Below are positions 25,561-41,554 of a DNA stretch of 64,000 nt, in pieces. The notes beneath the pieces were generated by a model. The model saw only the letters and a list, made by a program, of their open reading frames with translations, was not told the DNA's origin and did no database searches. Position 1 is the stretch's first letter. Every line of letters starts with the position of its first letter. Where the stretch lies: assembly GCF_009914755.1 (NCBI RefSeq), contig NC_060935.1. The stretch is one strand, 5' to 3'. A program made the position numbers and the translations under genes. This stretch comes from the human T2T-CHM13v2.0 reference genome, Homo sapiens.

Positions 25561-27459
25561 CCTAGAAAATATAGACAACCATGGTGGGATGATGGTTCCT
25601 TAGAGAAAATGGTCCTTAAGAAAATGCACATCTTCCCCAGTGACTTGAAATCACAAAGTCTGGTAGAGCCTGTGCATTGCTGTCAAGACCCTAGTCTAGG
25701 AGTCCTGGAAAACAGCAGGAAGTCCTTCCTCTTGGGTCGAGGTGGAAACCCTGGAGCCCTTCCAGAGAAGAAGCTCCGTGTATAAGCTAGAGAGGAATTG
25801 GTAGTCAAAGTCAGAACCAAACAGATGTAGATACCAGATCAGCCCAGGGGTCTGTGTAGGAGAGCTCATTGATCCTTTTCTCCTTTTAGGGTTAGGCATG
25901 CTGGCAAGTGACTGTGCCCTTGCTTGATCATGGGAGCAGCCTGCACTCACATTCAGGTGACAGAGGTCAGGGTAGATAAGAGCTCTCTTGAGGAATTCTG
26001 GCATTTTGGCAAAACTATACTTTTTTTAAGGCAGAGAAGAGATGGGGCTGCTACCTCAAGTAATAAACCTTTTTTGTCCTCCTACATTTCCCTTAGTGAT
26101 CTACAAGCATCAGCCACTCCCCTGGCTTACTCTCAAGGTTCTCTCAGGTGGTTTTGACATTGTGGGAACTACCTACCTGCTGGGAACATTGTGATAGGGT
26201 CAGACTCTGTCCTGCTATCAGATCCCAACTGCACTGTAATCCCATTCTGACTTCAATCTCAGAAAGAAGAGATACTGAAGACTGGGACTTTCTTGATTAC
26301 TTCTGTTTAAATATTTGACAAATCTATGTATGCAAATCAAGCGACACTTGGAGTGGCATTTAAGCTTGTGACATCTTTAATTTTGAGACTTTCATTGTTT
26401 TGAGGAATTCAATAATGATTTTTTGATTAAGCTTAAATGTTTAACAATAGAAGCTTCTTTTTTCCTTTCATATAGCAAATGCCAAGTAAATGGTATTTCA
26501 AAGAAAAGAAGCAATCCACCACACAACTAATGTACTTAGATCTGTTCATTGACCTCTGATGATAAAAAAGGCCTCTGCTGTCTATCTTTCATTATGTAGA
26601 GTTCAGAATAAATGATTTGGTCCATGGTTGCTTAGATAAATGCATAAACAAGAGGTAGACAGAATAGAGATGTAGATGTGATACCGTATCTATTTCGAAT
26701 CTGCAGACAATCTTAGAGAAAGTGTCAGGTAGTATAGAAATAGCTTTTGAAAATGAATGTGTATAAATTCAGCATGCTAATACCAGTGACAGAAAATGCA
26801 ATTCATTTTTTGATTCACAGTTGTTTGTCTCCTTTATTGCCGTTTTAGGATTTAGCAGGAGTAAAAGGGAAGGCAAGAGGTTACATGAAGTTCTTTGAAA
26901 AATTAGCTTTTTGCCTTAACATCCCTTTGCCTTTGTGTCTATTTGGTGTGCTCTTATTATTACAGACAATAGGACTTCTCAATGTTGTCAGAAAAGGCTA
27001 CAAATATTAAAAATAAAAACCACATTCAGAAGGGAAACAAAATCAGCCTTGAGAATAGCATTCATTATATTAAAACTGACATTTTCTTTGGAATTGAGTT
27101 TTGTAGGTGAGCACAGCTCAGCTTTGTGGGACAGTGCTAGAAATTGCCACTATTTCCCTTAGGCAAGCTCCTGGATTTTAAGAAAGCTCAGATAGATATA
27201 GAGTTGCCTTTTGGGCCATTTAGTCCTTAAGAAGTTCCCTTCTTGGAGTGATATAGACACCAGAATTGTTCCAGATTTTCAGAGTAAGGCACGTATGGGT
27301 CCTCTCACAAAGGTACACAATTCTGAGACCCTTTTAGGAGGAATGCAGATCTGGTTCAACTCTGTTGTTCAATCCAAGGTCATATATCTGTTACTGCCTT
27401 GTGTAGGAACTACTGGGGCTATGGAAATGAAGTAAAGATAAGTGATAAGTTGTTACTTT

Positions 27460-27737
27460 CTTTCTATTGAGGTTCCACATCTGTGGATTCAACCAACCAT
27501 GGACCAACAATACTCAGAAAAAAATTCCAAAAAGTTACAGAGAGTAAAACTTGAATTTTCCATGTACCGAGTACTGCATTGAATCCATGTGAATGAATTG
27601 ATGTTTAGACATTGTATTACTTATTATAAGTTATCTAGAGATGACTTAAAGTGTATAGGAGGATGTGCATACGTTATATGCAAACTATACTATTTTATAT
27701 AAAGGACTTGAAGATTTTCAGATTTTGGTATCTGCAA
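27460..27737. mobile_element. MER2 (TcMar-Tigger) fossil
   Basis: ttccacatctgtggattcaaccaacc...ttatatgcaaa...ttttatataaaggacttg...gattttggtatctgc. Confidence 0.8.
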
Positions 27738-27878
27738 GTGGCCAAACCATATGCCATCATCCCTCAGTGTCCAAGAGTATCACCAAACTCAGCAGTGTAT
27801 TTTATCCGTTTCCTAAAGCATTGCCAAATAACTTAATTATCATAGATTCTATAAACTCTATGATTAGGCTGGAGTTTT

Positions 27879-28188
<310 letters not shown>

Positions 28189-29910
28189 TAGGCTGGAGTT
28201 TTAAATGAAACATGGATTTTTAGAAGATCATGCATATTAGAAGGAGTGATAGGAAGCTAATATTTCAGGCAGCGTCAACTCTTAGTTCTTTAGGGGCTGC
28301 TCATGGTGCATGGTGGTTGGTCTAAGATCCTATTTTTTGTTTTTTCTACCCTTTGCTACCACCCACAAAAGGCAGACAAGGGGTAAATTTTCTTGAGAAA
28401 TTCCAAAAGCTTGGAGGAAGAGGATGAAATAAATGACAAAAACAAAGGTTAGAATTACATGTGGATTCCATTTCCAGAGAGTAGTTCTGGTATGAGTAAG
28501 TCAGAGGAAGGTGTATGAAATGGAACCATAGTTAATGTAGAAAGATGGTGGAAGTCATTCCCTAGGTTTATCTATTATGTCTAAAATAGTGGCTCAAAAT
28601 AATCTTAGTTAGATCAAAGGTTGAATTGATCTCCTGTATGGGGAAAGTACTTAAGACATGAAAGGATAAACATGATTGAGAAGGAAAAGAGAAACTCAGA
28701 TAATTTTCTAGGAAACGATACTTGTTTTTCAATCATGGTGGTCTCTATGTAAGGGAAAGGAAAGGAAGAGTAATATCACTACTAGGTTGAGTTACTCTTT
28801 CGTGTGGATGTGACAGTAGACAGATCATATCAAAGTGCTGTATTTAGGGTTTTTTTGCACCATATTTTTGAAGGTAAACTGGAGTAGGCTGTATGAAAAG
28901 TGATCAGAAGAGAGGCTTGGAATCATATCATGAGGAGCTGTTAAGGGAACCTGGTGGTGCCAAGTGTGGTCAAGACGACAGGATAACCTCAAATGCTTGA
29001 AGATTAGGTTTGCTCAGGATGGATTACAATGAAAACCTAGGTATGGCAGGAAAAAAAGAAAGATTTCACAGCCAAAACCATGAAAAATGTTTCAAACAAG
29101 AGAGCTAACTGAGAAAAGTGGCTTTCCTTGGAAGATAATACATGTTCCTCCACTGGAGATGTACAAAGGCTAGATAATCACTTGAGGTTTCTTGTGAGGA
29201 TATTCAAGCTTTATAATCCCTTTCCAGCAGGAGAGTCTAAGACTCTGTGATTATTGGCAATGACTGGGTGGCCTAGAAAAATAAAAAAGGTTATTTTACA
29301 AAATTCTGATCTTACCTGGGGTTTTGGTTACTTTTCCTGTCCTTCTTCTAAGCACAAAAGTGAATTCCTGGGGCATTCTGTTTGGGGGATCCGCTTACGA
29401 CTTTTCTTTTTTTCTGACCCCAGCTCTCCAGAATTTTTCATCAGACAGAAGGCAGTGACTTCCTAGTTTGTAAACCACGACATTCTAGTTAGTGTGTGAA
29501 GAACATAGAGAGGATAGTGGGAGATAAATGTAAGTGCCTCGGAGTTCCTGATTAGATCGCCTGTAAACATCATAATGAGTCCTTGAGAACACATTCATTA
29601 TGAGTGTTTTTGTGTGGGCTTGAATGGAAAGCACACACATTTATGAACACCCATGAGGTTCCTGAGTTACAGTTTAATGTCTCATTTGGTATTCATTAGA
29701 CCATGACAGCCAATATTTCTTCAATTTAGAGTGATTCCACCTTGTGTAAAAAAAATAAAAAAAACAAAAAACAGATAATGCTAAGAATCAGTGAACTGCT
29801 CTGAGCATTTTTTTCTCTTCTCAGAAGGATTTTTTTTCTTGTTGCTATTAGCTTTGTTAGGATGATGCAATTGAATTACAGAAATTACATTCAGTAACTC
29901 TTGTTTGCAG

Positions 29911-30045
29911 CTAAATTATGCAGAGACAAGACTTAGTCAATTGGAAAACTGTCATTGTGAGAAGACTTGTCAAGTGAGTGGACTGCTCTATCGAGATCAA
30001 GACTCTTGGGTAGATGGTGACCATTGCAGGAACTGCACTTGCAAA
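29911..30045 (+). CDS. NELL1: NELL1 coding exon (~exon 8), end of coiled coil and N-half of VWC1: LNYAETRLSQLENCHCEKTCQVSGLLYRDQDSWVDGDHCRNCTCK
   Basis: Acceptor ttgtttgcAG, donor AAA|GTAAGC; 135 nt, phase 0-0; VWC motif W..D.C..C.C; lies inside ORF 29905..30114. Confidence 0.98.
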
Positions 30046-30979
30046 GTAAGCCTCTTTGTAAATAAATACAGTAAAAACAGTTTTAAGGGGAGAGGTTTGA
30101 TAATTAGAGTGTAACCTGGTTCTTTAATAAATAATATTAACTCTGAGAATTGTTAGGTTTTTACCTAGCACTCACTAGCCATACGAGCAATTGTGAAGCA
30201 ATGCTGGAAGAGTGTCATGTCTTATATGAATACTTGGAAATTAAAATCTGCTTTCCCTTGCCAACACACCCTAATTTGATTTAATAGGCAATGTTTGGAG
30301 TTTGAAGGTTGGGATATAGTGGAAAGAAGGGACTCCTTTGATTTTCAAACAACCTAATGGTTATCCTTATTCACAACCAGAATAACTTTAAAAGGGGAGT
30401 TTAATTATTTTCTACATGTTTTTATTGTCTTTTACAAAGTGTATCCATCACCTGTTTCAAATAATTGCAAGGCATTTCCTCCCTGACTCACTGTCAGTGT
30501 GAGGATATCCATTATTTGTATATCCCTTCATCTGTTTCAGTGAATTACAACATCCCCCTCCAAAAATTAGTATGGAAACCCTGTCCAGTTGAAATTACTT
30601 GATAAATATCTGAAGAATGCCATTGTTTGTCTAGGAAAATACAAAACAGATTGTTAGAGCCTCAGAAATGATTGACAGAGTCTGCAAATGTGTTATTTAT
30701 GTTCTTATAAAAATAGACTTTTTGTTTTCTGCATAATCTAGTTAGCACACATGGGCAGGTAGGATGAAACCAGTGATGTATTTCAGAAAAGTAATTGAGG
30801 TGGTACAGGTCATTCGGGCTGGAGAAAACACTTCATCTGTGGTCCTGGAGTGGACTGGGAATTCGAATACTGCTTCTGTTTCCCTGATGAGGTTTCTGGG
30901 ATGAGATTTCAATGATCTCCACAACAGGAGCTATCAAAGGATACTTCTGAGATTATGTTCCATGTCCTTCCTTCCTCAG

Positions 30980-31082
30980 AGTGGTGCCGTGGAATGCCGA
31001 AGGATGTCCTGTCCCCCTCTCAATTGCTCCCCAGACTCCCTCCCAGTGCACATTGCTGGCCAGTGCTGTAAGGTCTGCCGAC
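30980..31082 (+). CDS. NELL1: NELL1 coding exon (~exon 9), C-half of VWC1: SGAVECRRMSCPPLNCSPDSLPVHIAGQCCKVCR(P)
   Basis: Acceptor ccttccttcctcAG, donor C|GTAAGT; 103 nt, phase 0-1; CCxxC VWC terminus. Confidence 0.98.
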
Positions 31083-31589
31083 GTAAGTACTGACTGAGGG
31101 TCAGACTGGCTGTCTGTGTTTTGAGATTTATTTATTTATTTTCCCTGTTTTTCTGGACTCAACTGATTGACATTGATGAAATGAAACATTGGCAGTTGAT
31201 GTAACATTAAATATATGGTAAGAAGAGCCACAATATTTTAATCACTTGCAATGTGGCAGACACTTAACATGGGCTATTTTTTTTTTTAAATCCTCACATC
31301 ACCTGTAATTACTATTCTTCTTTCATTCTATGTGGAAGGAACGTGTGTTCACAGGGATTAAGTCACTTGTCCAACAAGTGGGTGAGGCTGATCTGTGAAT
31401 TTACAACTCCAAAGCTCCATAGGCTTTAGTCCCCTCATTCTAAATGATCAAGTTAAAGGCCAAATTCTGTATTTTGGCTTTCTGAGGTTTTGGCTAGATT
31501 CTCCTCTTATTAAGAGGCCTTTGTTAGGAACTTCCGGATGAAATTCAGTTAAAATACTGAAGCTGTCGTTTAGAACATGTGGTATGTTC

Positions 31590-31790
31590 CATATACTGTG
31601 CTGGATGCTTTAAATCTACTAGCTTAGTGAATTCTCACAGCAACTCTTTAGGGAGGTATTATTATTATCCCTATTTTACAGGAAGCTGAGGCTTAGGGAT
31701 ATTAGCTTACGAAAATCATGAGGCTGGTGAGTGGCAGAGGTGAGACAGAAAACTAGTTCTGTTGACTACAAAGCCCATAGCCTTTTTATC
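31590..31790 (-). mobile_element. MIR
   Basis: gtattattattatccctattttacaggaagctgaggcttag. Confidence 0.65.
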
Positions 31791-32240
31791 AGTCCATATG
31801 GTCCTCTACAGAAAAGGAGAGTTCTGGTCAGAAATGTGTGCTATGGATAATTTTCAAGGTCATTTATTTACCAAAAGAAACACACCAATGTCAGTAGCCT
31901 TCAAAGCACAGTGGTCTGTCATTCTGCCAGGAACAGCATGTCACCTATTATGACACTGAAAGTGGGAATAGCAGTGAAAGTGGGTTGCAGCAGCCCAAAT
32001 AATTGTTGAACTTTTCAAAAAGGAACTTTGTAATCTTCCTTTTTTTTTTTTTTATGGTTGGCACACTGCACCCATTGCTCTGGGGGATGTACTTGGAGTT
32101 GCTCTAAAGAGAAGAACTTTCTTATTTCTGTTTCAAGAACTTTTGGAAGTCATGTCTGGCAATATAGGCAGCTCAAGTGTCTGGATATTGAATTATAGTT
32201 TGATCCCATGATGGAGAGAGTTGTTAGTAGGTACAGATTA

Positions 32241-33290
<1,050 letters not shown>

Positions 33291-34049
33291 TGGGACGGTC
33301 ATTTTTCTTTGTGCTAATTTGTTTGATAGTTTTAGGTTTTTAAAATTATTTCAGAAAATAACTCAATTTTATTAAAATGTTGATACACACACTAACTAAA
33401 ACATCAGTTTTTTTTTTTTTTTTCCCTTTGCATGGAATTCATAGCAATTTAGTTAGGTAGCACTAATTTTCTCACAGCTCTGATTGGTAGTTTGATGTGT
33501 TCAGAGTTTAATAAAGTGGGAATACAAATAAATTATTAAAACACTATTCTAGACAAACTTAAAAAGAAATGATACAAGGCACCTCTGGTAATTAAAAGGT
33601 TGAGAACTTCTGGGCTGGAGGGCTTTCATTTCTCACTAGTTTTTAATAGAAATATGCATTAGGTGATTACTGAGTACTGATGCCTGGAATAATGATGAGG
33701 GATCCTTCCCTGCTTTAGAGGAGCTCACTTTCAAGGTAGAGACGTGGTTTACAGTGTCTGGAACTGTAAGTGCACTAACATTAGGCATGTGTTGGAGTAC
33801 AGAAGAATGGCCTGGGAGGGAGGGGGAGAATACCGGGGGAAGGCCTGGGATGCTTCCCGGAGGACATGGAGCCAAGTTAAATATTTTGAACCTTCTAGAA
33901 GTTGACTTTTGTGGGTTAAGCAGTGGGGTGGAGAAGAAGAGAATGAGGATTGCTAGAGCAGAGTTCTAACACTAATCAGTGGAATTTCTAGATGTTTCCA
34001 ATGTCTTCACATCAGAAACATGGTAGAGTATATTTACTTTGGTTGTCCC

Positions 34050-34200
34050 TTTTAAATATAAGTATGTGAGGTAATGCATATGTTAGTTAGTTCTTAGCCA
34101 TACCACAGTGCCTACGTATTTCAAAATATCATGCTGTAGACCGTAAATATGCATACCTTTTGTCAGTTAAAAAATAATAATAAAATATAAAAAAAGACAA
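34050..34200 (+). mobile_element. L1MA 3' end fragment
   Basis: aagtatgtgaggtaatgcatatgttag...tatttcaaaatatcatg plus A-rich tail. Confidence 0.7.
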
Positions 34201-35179
34201 AGAAAAAATTGTATCTTGTATGAATAACTTATAGTCAAATCTTGTTTTTTAATCCAGTCTGACAGTCTGGATTGTATTGTTTGGATTGGATCATTTAATC
34301 CATTCACATTTAATGTTGTGAGGGATATAAGTGAAACTACTGTTTCCTGAATACCATGTTTTTCCTTGGTTTGGTTCCTTATTTTGATTTTTTTTCATTT
34401 TTTTTGTGGAGCTGCCTGAAGTAAATTTCTTATATGTGAATTTAAAGAAAAATTCCCAAGCTTCTCTCTGACTTTAGGTGGGGTAGTATTCTAGGGACAC
34501 CAGGTAAAGGGTAGGGCTATGACAAAGGCAAAATGAGCCAATATGTAAAAGCAGATTGTGTTGTCTGCTCACTCACTGAGTGTTCACGGACTTCTCTTGG
34601 CCTTGGGAACTGCAGCACTTACAGATGAGGGCGTCTGTTTGGAAATAGGGAAGAAATTTATCTAAGCATCCATGGTGGTACCGAAAATAGTGAGGGAGTT
34701 TCATTCCTCAAACACTTGTTGGGTGTCTGCACTATTCAAGGCATATTTAATATACCTATTTGCACATTAAAATCCTTTGGTGAACTTCTTAAACTTGGAG
34801 GTTTCCAGGGCTCCACCTAGACCTACATAATCACAATCTCCAGGCATCAACATCCTGAAATCTGTATTATTTTGGTAGACAGATTTGAGATCTACCAGAG
34901 ATAGGAAGGAGGGAGGAAGATGGAGAAAAAAATATTTCTTCTATGCAAAACAGTATGTGTGAAGGAATAAGAGTGAAAGAGGGAAAGGGGAATAGTGTGT
35001 TTGATGATAACACAGGATTTATGTAGGTGAGAGGTTGAAATAGAGCTGCAAACGTGAGTTGCGGATGGATGATGAAGATTGTATCCCAATGAAGCCATTC
35101 AGTAATCCCTACCGAGGTCCTTCTGCCAAACACTTTGTCAGTTCTGGGGGCAACAGTGGACACGTATGGATCATTTACT

Positions 35180-35380
35180 CTGACAGGCACTGTGTTTAAC
35201 CATTTTATATGTATTCATTTAATTCTTCCAACAACTTTAAGTGGTAGGGTCCGCTATTATCCCCATTTTACACATGAGGAGGTGAAACAGAGAGGAGAAG
35301 TAACTTGTCCAAGGTCTCCCAGTTTTGGGGGAGCCAAAATAAAGCCCTGGCAGTCTGGCTTCAGAACCCAGTGGGATGCT
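35180..35380 (-). mobile_element. MIR
   Basis: tattatccccattttacacatgaggaggtgaaacagagagg..aagtaacttgtccaaggtc. Confidence 0.7.
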
Positions 35381-37879
35381 CTTGACCTGTTGGCTCTAAC
35401 CATTGTTCTCCAGAGAGATCTCTGTTACAATAAAGAATATTATTTCACATGAACACTATGGAAGACACAGAAGTCACACAGAGAAGGGAGTGATTAACTC
35501 CATCTGAAATGTACATATGTATGTGTGTGTTAGGAAAACGTCATAGGTAACAGCTGAGCGGGGTATTGACAAATGAAGAGGAGTTTTCCAAGTGTACAAA
35601 GTAGGTAAGAACATAACTGCCAGAGGGAATTGCATACACAAAATCATGGAAATAAACCAGTGTTGGTTTTGGTACTGCAATCAAGGTTTTAATGCAGAGT
35701 TGTGGCATAATCAAAGATGTGCTTTTAGAAAGGCTACTGCATCAAGAGAGCTGGAGGTGGTGGGGGATATGGGACTTGGGCATATTCCAGGTGGAGGTGT
35801 TGAGGCTGGCAGGCAGGCACAGCCTGGGAAGATGCAAAGGAAGGGAAGGATGTGGGTGACAGCCAAAGGAGCTGGCACATTAGAGATACTCCACAGGTAT
35901 TGTTTTGCATGAGACAAATGGATCAGGGACAGAGCGTCTGTAAGGGAGAAATTGCCAGGTTTTGAACAAGAGCCTGTGGGAGACTCACGGTGTGATTAAC
36001 AGAAATAAGACAGGTGGAGAAAGCAGTATGGGGAGCAATACATTCCGTTTGACATGTTTGAGTTAGAGATGCCTGAGGTACAACTAGTTTGATGTGGGTG
36101 TCTTGCTCATAGAGGTGGTATCTGAAGCCAAGGCTGTGAATTAGCTCACTGAGGGAGGAAGGATCTTTGGGTGTTCAGTCTCTCTGATCTGCCACTCTCC
36201 TTTAAAGTGTAAAACAGTGTGCTGATTTTGACATTCTAGGCTGCTGAGTACCAAGGGATGGCTGGAGTGTGTGCAGGGTACAAATACCTAAATAAAGATA
36301 GGGAAACCTTGTATCCACATCTGACAGGGATGTCAAGCTGTACTTGTCAATTGTTTATTCAGTGTGCACCCAAATGGCAAAATTGTCCAATCATTGCACC
36401 AGAAAAATCAAGGTCAAAATTGAAGGGCCAGGTGTCTGTCGGTGCAAAAAGATACAGCTGCATAACTCTTTATATCCTCAGTACATTTTGTTTCTGACAT
36501 AATGGAGAAGTGTGTGTTGGTGCTAGGTTTCAATTTTGTGTTTGGGCACTGTGAAATATTCTAGTTTGCATGTCACCAGTGTGATATGAAGAGCTTTAGG
36601 TATCCATTTACATTTCTAATCACCCTGAAAGATGTTCGAATGGAGTCCCAAATGCCCCAGCCAAACGCACCAGAGCCTGACTCACCTTATGCTTGAATTT
36701 CCTCAGACATAAAAAATAAGCCTTTTGGCTATAGATCAAGAGGTTGGATAATAAGGGCTGATATTAGGCATAGGAATGCAGTGGCAGGGAAGGAGGGCTG
36801 TTGTCAGAGAAGTGAGGATGAGTATGAGAAAGCAGGAGAAATTCTTGTGACCTCCAGTGGTGATCCTGAAAGTCATCCTAAGATAATTTCATAGATACAT
36901 ACATTCTGCACTAGTGCCAAATTGCAGATGGTTGAGGCGTGCAGTAATATGTTGATCTCATTCACCAGCACCAAAGCACCCTGCTATGTGAGGACATAAA
37001 GTTCAGTGGACATTTAATTTTTATAAGAGACTGGTGGATTCGAGGGGTGGATGTGTCTCCATGTGTGGTGTGAATGTAAACAATGAGGCATTTTTATCTC
37101 CAGATTAGGAGTTTTGGGATGAGCCTGTCAAAGGGGAAGAGAGGATTTGGACAAGTGCCTTAAGGCAGGTGATCAAATGTGTTAATACCATTGTGGGAGT
37201 GGCAAGGGGCAAAGGAAGAAAAAATGTCTATTTCTTCGCTTCACAGCTTGGGCCAAGAAGCAGATGGCAGATTTGACAACAGTGCACTTAGCAGAACTGT
37301 CACTTTGGAACAAGCTGCCTTGCCAAGTTGGCAGCAGGCACATTTGGGAGTGTGGGAATTTATTAGACAGGAATTCCAGACCTTGGAGGTGTGGTCTCTC
37401 CATGCAAGTACACTGGGAAATCTAGCTCTCATTAGGACCAACGAGTCATGGTCAACTGATTTATCTACAAAATTGAGGCATAAAAGATCATCAGGGATAG
37501 ATTTTTGTTTACTGAAGGGAGGAAAGGACCTATCCAGACAATTATATTAATTCTCCATTTTTTTGGTCTCTACTTCTAATGTTTGAAGTTGTATTGAATG
37601 CCAGAAATAACTCTTATCTGTGGATCAAGAAATTTGACTGTTTTTTGCCACCTACTAGAGGCTCATTAATTGGAAAATTATTATTACTCTCAATAAATCC
37701 TAAGGCATGGGGCTTTGGGCTGGAGATAAAATTATAGACATTTTCGCTACCCTCATGGGGGTTGCAATTAGCAGCAGGGACATGGTGGGGTGTACAATTA
37801 AATGGGAAATTAGGATGTCATGTGATATATATTCTGTTGGGATTAGGTTCAAAGTACAATAGAATAAAAAAGTGAGGAC

Positions 37880-38585
37880 GATTAACCAGTGTTAAAGGGT
37901 AAGAACAAGTTCTGAGGGAAGTCAGCCCTAAGCGGAAGCTCATGGGTGTATAGGGTGGGAGGTTGCCAGTGGAAGGTGGATGGGGTGCTCTGCACGTGTT
38001 TCTGAGAAAGAGAACGGTATATGTAAGGCCCGGAAGTGAGAGATAAAGCATGGCTAGAACATATGTGGAGGTGTGGATGTTTTGTAGGGTGAATGAAATC
38101 ACGGGAAATGGTGGGCTGTGAACCTTGGGAGATAAGAAGCCTCATGAATGGCCTTGTTTGCTGAACTAAGGATTTTGGACTTTATTCTGAGAGCTTTAGG
38201 GACCCTGATTTCAAGCAGGGCCTCATGTTTGCACTTAAAAAATATGTGTCTGACTGTTTTATGGGGAAGGACTGGTGAAGATTGAGACTAGAACATGAGA
38301 GAGCTAGGAAGTTGTGGTGGTATTGAAGAAGAGGGATGACGACAGCCTGAACAAAGACAGTGTCTGGGGGCAGAGGGTGAGGAATGGAGAGGAGGAGGTT
38401 GACTTGAGAAACTTAAGAAGGGGACATTGATAGGATTTGGACACTGATTGGACATGGAGTTGTGTAAGAGGGAGAGGTTAGAAGGTTGCCAGGCACTAGG
38501 GTGTGGGAGCTGGGATGGATACCCATGCCATTGCCATTCACTGAGAGGAGAATACAGGAGTGGAACATATTTGGGTGGGGAGTGA
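37880..38585 (-). mobile_element. L2 remnant
   Basis: Purine-rich, taaggattttggactttattctgag...gcactgattggac reverse-L2 pattern. Confidence 0.55.
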
Positions 38586-38588
38586 GGT

Positions 38589-39011
38589 TGCTGCAGGTCA
38601 GGTTCTGAGGGGAAACAGACTTTGACATAGAGATTTACATGTACTTTATTAGGAAGTGCTCTCAGGATCAATTCTGGGATAGGAATGAGGTGGTGAAGGA
38701 AGAAGAATTGGGCAGAAGGAGAAGTTAAGCTGCAGTGGTTACAGCAAATGCCGAACTCATTCCTACAGGGAGCTTTGGAGCTGGAATGGCCCTTCGGAGT
38801 TGTCCTCAGTTGGAGAAAGGGGGCCAGGACTGTGTACCATGTTCACCCATCAAGAGAACTTCACCTTGGGCAAGGTGGCTCTCTACAGCCCTATACAAGT
38901 CTTAGATCTCCATTCAGGGGAGAGCCGTTAGTTGCCAACTGTCACAGCAGTTGTAAGAATGTATCCTTTGCTCATGGAAGTGGATCTCCATGTACCACAG
39001 CATCCACTACA
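38589..39011 (-). mobile_element. LTR16-like ERVL solo LTR
   Basis: ggtcaggttct...aaacagactttga..gagatttacatg..tttattaggaagtgctctcagga...catccactaca. Confidence 0.6.
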
Positions 39012-40389
39012 GGGTATGACGTTAACTTAGGCATGTCCCTGGACTTTCTTCTTCCTGTGGCTAAAATGGACTAGATGACTACTGTTTGTTTTATTGGAAG
39101 GGAGGAATGAAAGCCCCATTTCTCACCTGGTCATCCTCTTTGCCTTTCAGATCTTGCCCCTCAACATCGAAGGGGGTCTAGGTTCTTTATCTGCAAACAC
39201 AGCACTTGCCTCACTTAGTAATTATACATTCACTGATGTTATTATGTAATTACTGTCTATTTCCCTGATTGTAAGCTCCATGAGAAGAAAGCTTTGGTTC
39301 TTGCAACACTATATTACCAGTTAGCATGTTGCCTGCCCTTTAGTAACACTAGAATATTATTTGAATGAAGAATAACTGAGCATCCCGTGAGAATCAGAGG
39401 ATTTTATAACTAGTAAACCACCAGATTTAATCAGCCCATTTTTAGCAGATACAGATATAGAGGCTCTGAAAGGTGAGGTGGTTCTATAAGACCAACACCG
39501 AATTAGTGGGTGAGATCTCTTAGAGTGCGTATTATTGCTTCTGTTCCTCCTAGAGCTGGGGCTAGAAGGGTCCTCATCAGGGCAGGAGAGGGAGTGACCA
39601 GATACTTGCTTCTTTTTTTCCTGTTGAAGTGGATGGAGAATTTGGTGGTGTTATATTAGGATCATATCAAATTGACATATGCTGTACTTGCTTAAAAGTG
39701 AGTCAGCCAGTTAAGTCAAGAAATGAGTTTCAGTGCAATCTAAATTGAGTGGTAGGAGCTCCGTTTATGTTTCTCTTTGAAATTTTCTACAAGTTCACCC
39801 CCGCTGCCCTTCCTGGCAGCCTTTTGAACTCACCTTTCCAAAGGCATTCTCTCTAGTGCATTGATCTAGCACTTTACAGGCTTTCCTTGTATTTCTCACT
39901 TGTCTCACATGTGTATTTCTCACGCCCACTCCCATGATCACAAGGAAGAAGAAATGGTGTCCTTCTCCATTGTGGCTGAGGTTCTGAGGAATGGAATATA
40001 TGTGAGTCCCCTTTCACCCAGTTCATTTTAGCTGGAGTGTCTGAATCAAAGCTACTGCTAACTGTACTCCACAGCGATTGCCACCAGTTCTTTCTTGTTT
40101 TAGCTTCTTACTACATCAGTTCATTCTCTAGTTCCTTTGGCAACTGTAACATTGAAATAATTGTATATCCTGGCTGTAAAGGCCAGGCAAACACAATCAT
40201 GATGAGGTCTGCCTGGGAGATTTAAGGGTTATCCTCCACACATTTCCTTTCACTTTAGACAAAGAGATTTGTATTGCTCAGAAGCAGAGAATCTAGGTTT
40301 CTGTGGAATCTATTGGAGTTAGAAGGTACCTCTGAGGTCATTTTGTGGCACAGCAGGACTGTCTGACCCATTTTTATGTTTTATTACAG

Positions 40390-40463
40390 CAAAATGTATC
40401 TATGGAGGAAAAGTTCTTGCAGAAGGCCAGCGGATTTTAACCAAGAGCTGTCGGGAATGCCGA
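40390..40463 (+). CDS. NELL1: NELL1 coding exon (~exon 10), N-half of VWC2: (P)KCIYGGKVLAEGQRILTKSCRECR
   Basis: Acceptor tttttattacAG, donor CGA|GTAAGT; 74 nt, phase 1-0. Confidence 0.97.
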
Positions 40464-40919
40464 GTAAGTGTTAATTTTATGGTCCCCATCACTTCTGGAA
40501 AATGAATAGATAGATGTGTGGGCTTTAGATGAGGTTCTTCAGTGGGGCATATTGGCCTGGATAGGGCCCCGAGGGGTGGAACTCTCTGCGATGGGTTGGA
40601 TTACATGATGGCGAGGATCCAGCCAGGCCATTTATGTGGTTAGCTTGTGGTCAGCTGTGGATCAGGTAGCCTTGGAAGAAGCTATTAAGGCAAGGATGTG
40701 AGAGGAGAAAGAACTAACAGCTATTATTAGTTAGGGAGGCTGGTGGGTGGCCCTGCGAAAGGGTTTTGAGTTGGTATTAGGGGAATCAGTCTGTAATGCT
40801 AGTTATGATAATACTAACTCTACTCCCAGAGGGCTGATATACTGTTAAAAATGCCTCTTCCTCCTGCCTGCCCCTCCCATGCATTACTTGAAATAAGATG
40901 TATAAGATCATAGATCTCA

Positions 40920-41504
40920 TTCAATAATCATTCGACAAAAATGCATTAAGCAAATGCTGTATGACAGCATTATAGTAGGTTCTGGATATACAACAGTGAA
41001 CAAAACAAAGTCACTGTCTTTATAGAACTTGCAGTCTAGTGAGGGAGAGAGACAGTAAGAATTAAACAAACGTATAATATAATGCCAAATTCTATAAAAG
41101 TATGAAGTAGGCTGAAGGAATAGAGAGGTCTGAGTTGGGGATGGGTGGACTGAGAAGATCTCTCTGAGATGTAATTTTGTTCCAAAATTACATTTTGGGT
41201 AAGGTGTGGGAGCCAGCCATGCAGGTATTTGGGTGAGTGATTACTTAACCAATAATTGCTTCCTAGGTAGATGAGGGAGAAGGCACGTTCCAAACAGAAG
41301 GAATTGCACTTATAAATGCCTAAAGCAATAAAGGGAGCAGGTTTTACTTAGGGACCTGCAAATAATTTGACTTGGGTGAAGTTCTAGAGCTCATGTGGGA
41401 GAGTGATGAGAGATGAACCTGGACAGTTAGACAGAACAGGTGACAATGGACCTAGTTTGGACTTGATCTTAATGGAGATGAGAATTCATTGAAGCTCTCT
41501 CTTC

Positions 41505-41554
<50 letters not shown>

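Noticed and set aside
29905-30114. Full-length ORFs 29905..30114 and 62968..63162 as standalone genes
   Set aside because: Only the internal portions bounded by AG/GT are NELL1 exons; the rest is intron read-through
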